Below are positions 62,061 through 64,000 of a DNA stretch of 64,000 nt, piece after piece. The DNA is taken from positions 704,001 to 768,000 of the forward strand of contig OZ223269.1 in assembly GCA_965140585.1 (NCBI GenBank). Direction: 5' to 3'. Each line of letters begins with the position of its first letter. The first letter of the stretch is position 1. The notes under the pieces are model-generated. The model worked only from the letters and a program-made list of their open reading frames with translations. It did not search any database and was not told the DNA's origin. The translations under genes were made by a program, and so were the position numbers. This DNA is from Spirochaetia bacterium. GTDB taxonomy: Bacteria > Spirochaetota > Spirochaetia > UBA9216.

Positions 62061-63675
62061 CTGTGTTCTAACCAGTGTAAAAAACTGGAAGTTTGAAATA
62101 TCCGATATAGACGGAATCCTGAACCCTGTTAAAGATTTTAACAGGGTAACAGGTTCTTCAGAACTGATACTGCGCCTTGTATTTGAACAGCCTCCTGATT
62201 CGGATGAGTTTTATATACACACAGATCTCCCTGAAACTCAATGGGGCAGGATTAAATTTAAAAACAATGAAGATTCCTGTATCTTCACGCTTTCCATAGA
62301 TCTCCCGAAAGGCGGCTTTTTCAGTTTCCGCTTTTTTATGGTACAGGGTCATGATGCCTTCTGGGAGCCCGGCGGCTATCACCGTCTGCTTGTTGATCCT
62401 GAGTTTATGCATAACCTGCGAATGTATACGCTTATTCCTACTGTATCAGGTACTATAGCGGACTGGATTGAGAAACTGGATGAAATCTCTGATCTTGGTT
62501 TTAATGCGGTTCATATACTTCCGTTCACAGCCATGGGGCCTTCTCAAAGTCCTTACGCTGCAGCGGATCTTTTTAAACTCGATTCGAGGTACAGTGGTGA
62601 TGAAACTGATTTTGAACTGTTTGCTCAAAAGGCTGCGGATAAAGGCATCAGGATATGCTTTGACATAGTATTAAACCATTTGAGTGATAAAAATGAACTA
62701 ACAAGAACCAATGGACACTGGTTTATTTCCGACAAGGATCGTAATGACGGACTGAAAAGAGCCGGCTGCTGGCATATGAACAGCTGGATTTCCTGGGAAG
62801 ACCTGGTGCTGATAAACTATGACCATCCTGCAGAAAAAATCAGACATGATATCTATGAATATATGCTTTCATATGTGCTTTTCTGGGTTAAGAAGGTTGA
62901 GAAATGCGGTGCAATAATCCGGCTTGATAATCTGCATTCATCCAATATGGACTTTATAAAGTGGTTTATTCACCGCTTACGGAAGTTCGCACCTGGAATT
63001 ATTATTCTTTCTGAATTTTTTGGTTCAGAAGAAGATCTTATTAAAGGTGTCTCATCACTTGGTCTAAATCTTCTGACGGCAAATACCTGGGAACAGCCCT
63101 TTGCTCCGAGACTTCAGCAATATCTTCAGTTTATCCATGACAGCAAGGATACTCTCCGATACATGATTCAGCCTACTTCACATGACACCGGCGCTGCTGC
63201 ACAGCTTTTCGGAACAGCAATATCTTCAATACCAAGGTATTTCTGCTGTGCTCTTATGGGTACCGGGCAGTCCGGAGCCGTTCAGGGCTTTGAGGCGGGA
63301 TATCCAAGAAAGGTAGAGTTTATCGGTTATCAGGGAAAGGTCGATTTAGGCGGTAACCTTGATTTAACAGATTTTATAAGATCTGTTAACAGCATTCTTT
63401 CAGCTGAGGCGCTGCTGAGAAAGGGCGGAAATATCAAGTTTATTGAAACCGGTAACGACAGCCTGATAGTCTGTGCGCGTACAGACAGTAAGAGCGGCAG
63501 AAAACTGCTTCTTGCCGCAAATTTTAACACTAATGCAGGCGAAAGTTTTTCAGCAGGACATATACCTGATTTTAAGTTAATATATGCTCTGGATGCACAT
63601 ACCGAATATGTAAATGAGCATCTTATTGTTAATTTTGAAAAATGCGGGGTCGCTGCATTACTTATAAAAGAATGA
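62047..63675 (+). CDS. GH13 alpha-amylase-family protein resembling the 4-alpha-glucanotransferase domain of eukaryotic debranching enzyme
   Basis: GFNAVHILPF...G.SQSPY, DIVLNH, RLDNLHS, LSEFF, TSHD. Confidence 0.75.
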   Translation: MLKNNCVLTSVKNWKFEISDIDGILNPVKDFNRVTGSSELILRLVFEQPPDSDEFYIHTDLPETQWGRIKFKNNEDSCIFTLSIDLPKGGFFSFRFFMVQGHDAFWEPGGYHRLLVDPEFMHNLRMYTLIPTVSGTIADWIEKLDEISDLGFNAVHILPFTAMGPSQSPYAAADLFKLDSRYSGDETDFELFAQKAADKGIRICFDIVLNHLSDKNELTRTNGHWFISDKDRNDGLKRAGCWHMNSWISWEDLVLINYDHPAEKIRHDIYEYMLSYVLFWVKKVEKCGAIIRLDNLHSSNMDFIKWFIHRLRKFAPGIIILSEFFGSEEDLIKGVSSLGLNLLTANTWEQPFAPRLQQYLQFIHDSKDTLRYMIQPTSHDTGAAAQLFGTAISSIPRYFCCALMGTGQSGAVQGFEAGYPRKVEFIGYQGKVDLGGNLDLTDFIRSVNSILSAEALLRKGGNIKFIETGNDSLIVCARTDSKSGRKLLLAANFNTNAGESFSAGHIPDFKLIYALDAHTEYVNEHLIVNFEKCGVAALLIKE

Positions 63676-63689
63676 TACCGGAGCTGTAA

Positions 63690-64000
63690 GTGAAAGAAGT
63701 AAAGAAAATACTCATGGTTTCAAGTGAAGCTGTACCATTTGCAAAAACAGGCGGTCTTGCAGAGGTAGTTACAGAGCTCTCACTTCAGTTAAAAAGACTG
63801 GGGTATGATGTAAGAATAATAATGCCGAGATATTATCATATTGATCGTTCAGAACTTAAAAAGCATGATGAAGCCCTGGGAATATGGCTTGGACATGGTG
63901 AAGAATGGACAGCCGTATATGAAACAGTTCTGCCTGATTCTGAAGTTCCGGTTTATTTTCTAGATCATGAGCGTTTTTATGGACGGGACGGTATATATGG
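63690..64000 (+). CDS. glgA: Glycogen synthase, 3'-truncated by window edge (absent from the ORF track)
   Basis: GTG 63690 reads MKEVKKILMVSSEAVPFAKTGGLAEV...GYDVRIIMPRY; frame open to window end. Confidence 0.9.
   Translation, partial: MKEVKKILMVSSEAVPFAKTGGLAEVVTELSLQLKRLGYDVRIIMPRYYHIDRSELKKHDEALGIWLGHGEEWTAVYETVLPDSEVPVYFLDHERFYGRDGIY

Overview
Gene-dense, AT-leaning chromosomal window, most consistent with an anaerobic free-living spirochaete (inferred from spirochaete-style lipoproteins and hypothetical proteins; not provable here). Left to right: end of a molybdenum-cofactor operon (moeA-PBP fusion, moaA, moaC, MOSC, mog); a Liv-type ABC importer; a divergent cluster of an atypical acetate-family kinase, an NylC/DmpA-type amidase and panE versus panB-folD-fhs, with no panC or panD; a frameshifted Fn3/beta-propeller lipoprotein gene bracketed by an identical 35-bp terminator repeat; an atypical SDR; a CHASE2 adenylate cyclase divergent from an exported protein, beta-barrel, FecR protein and two paralogous lipoproteins with swapped C-termini; VanZ; an M20 carbamoylase; REC-PPDK_N plus gdhA; an 11-gene anaerobic purine-degradation cluster (ygeW, ygeY, ssnA-like, two Mo-hydroxylases) in which dpaL and ygfK appear replaced; hydA; lipAB; and a glycogen operon with eukaryote-like branching and split debranching enzymes. 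Best candidates for undescribed systems: (1) the pan/C1/kinase/amidase/ABC cluster, read as pantothenate catabolism (or PanC-independent synthesis); (2) the cyclase-barrel-FecR-variable lipoprotein trans-envelope module. No rRNA, tRNA, CRISPR array, integrase or transposase was recognised. All calls come from reading motifs by eye; no searches were run.
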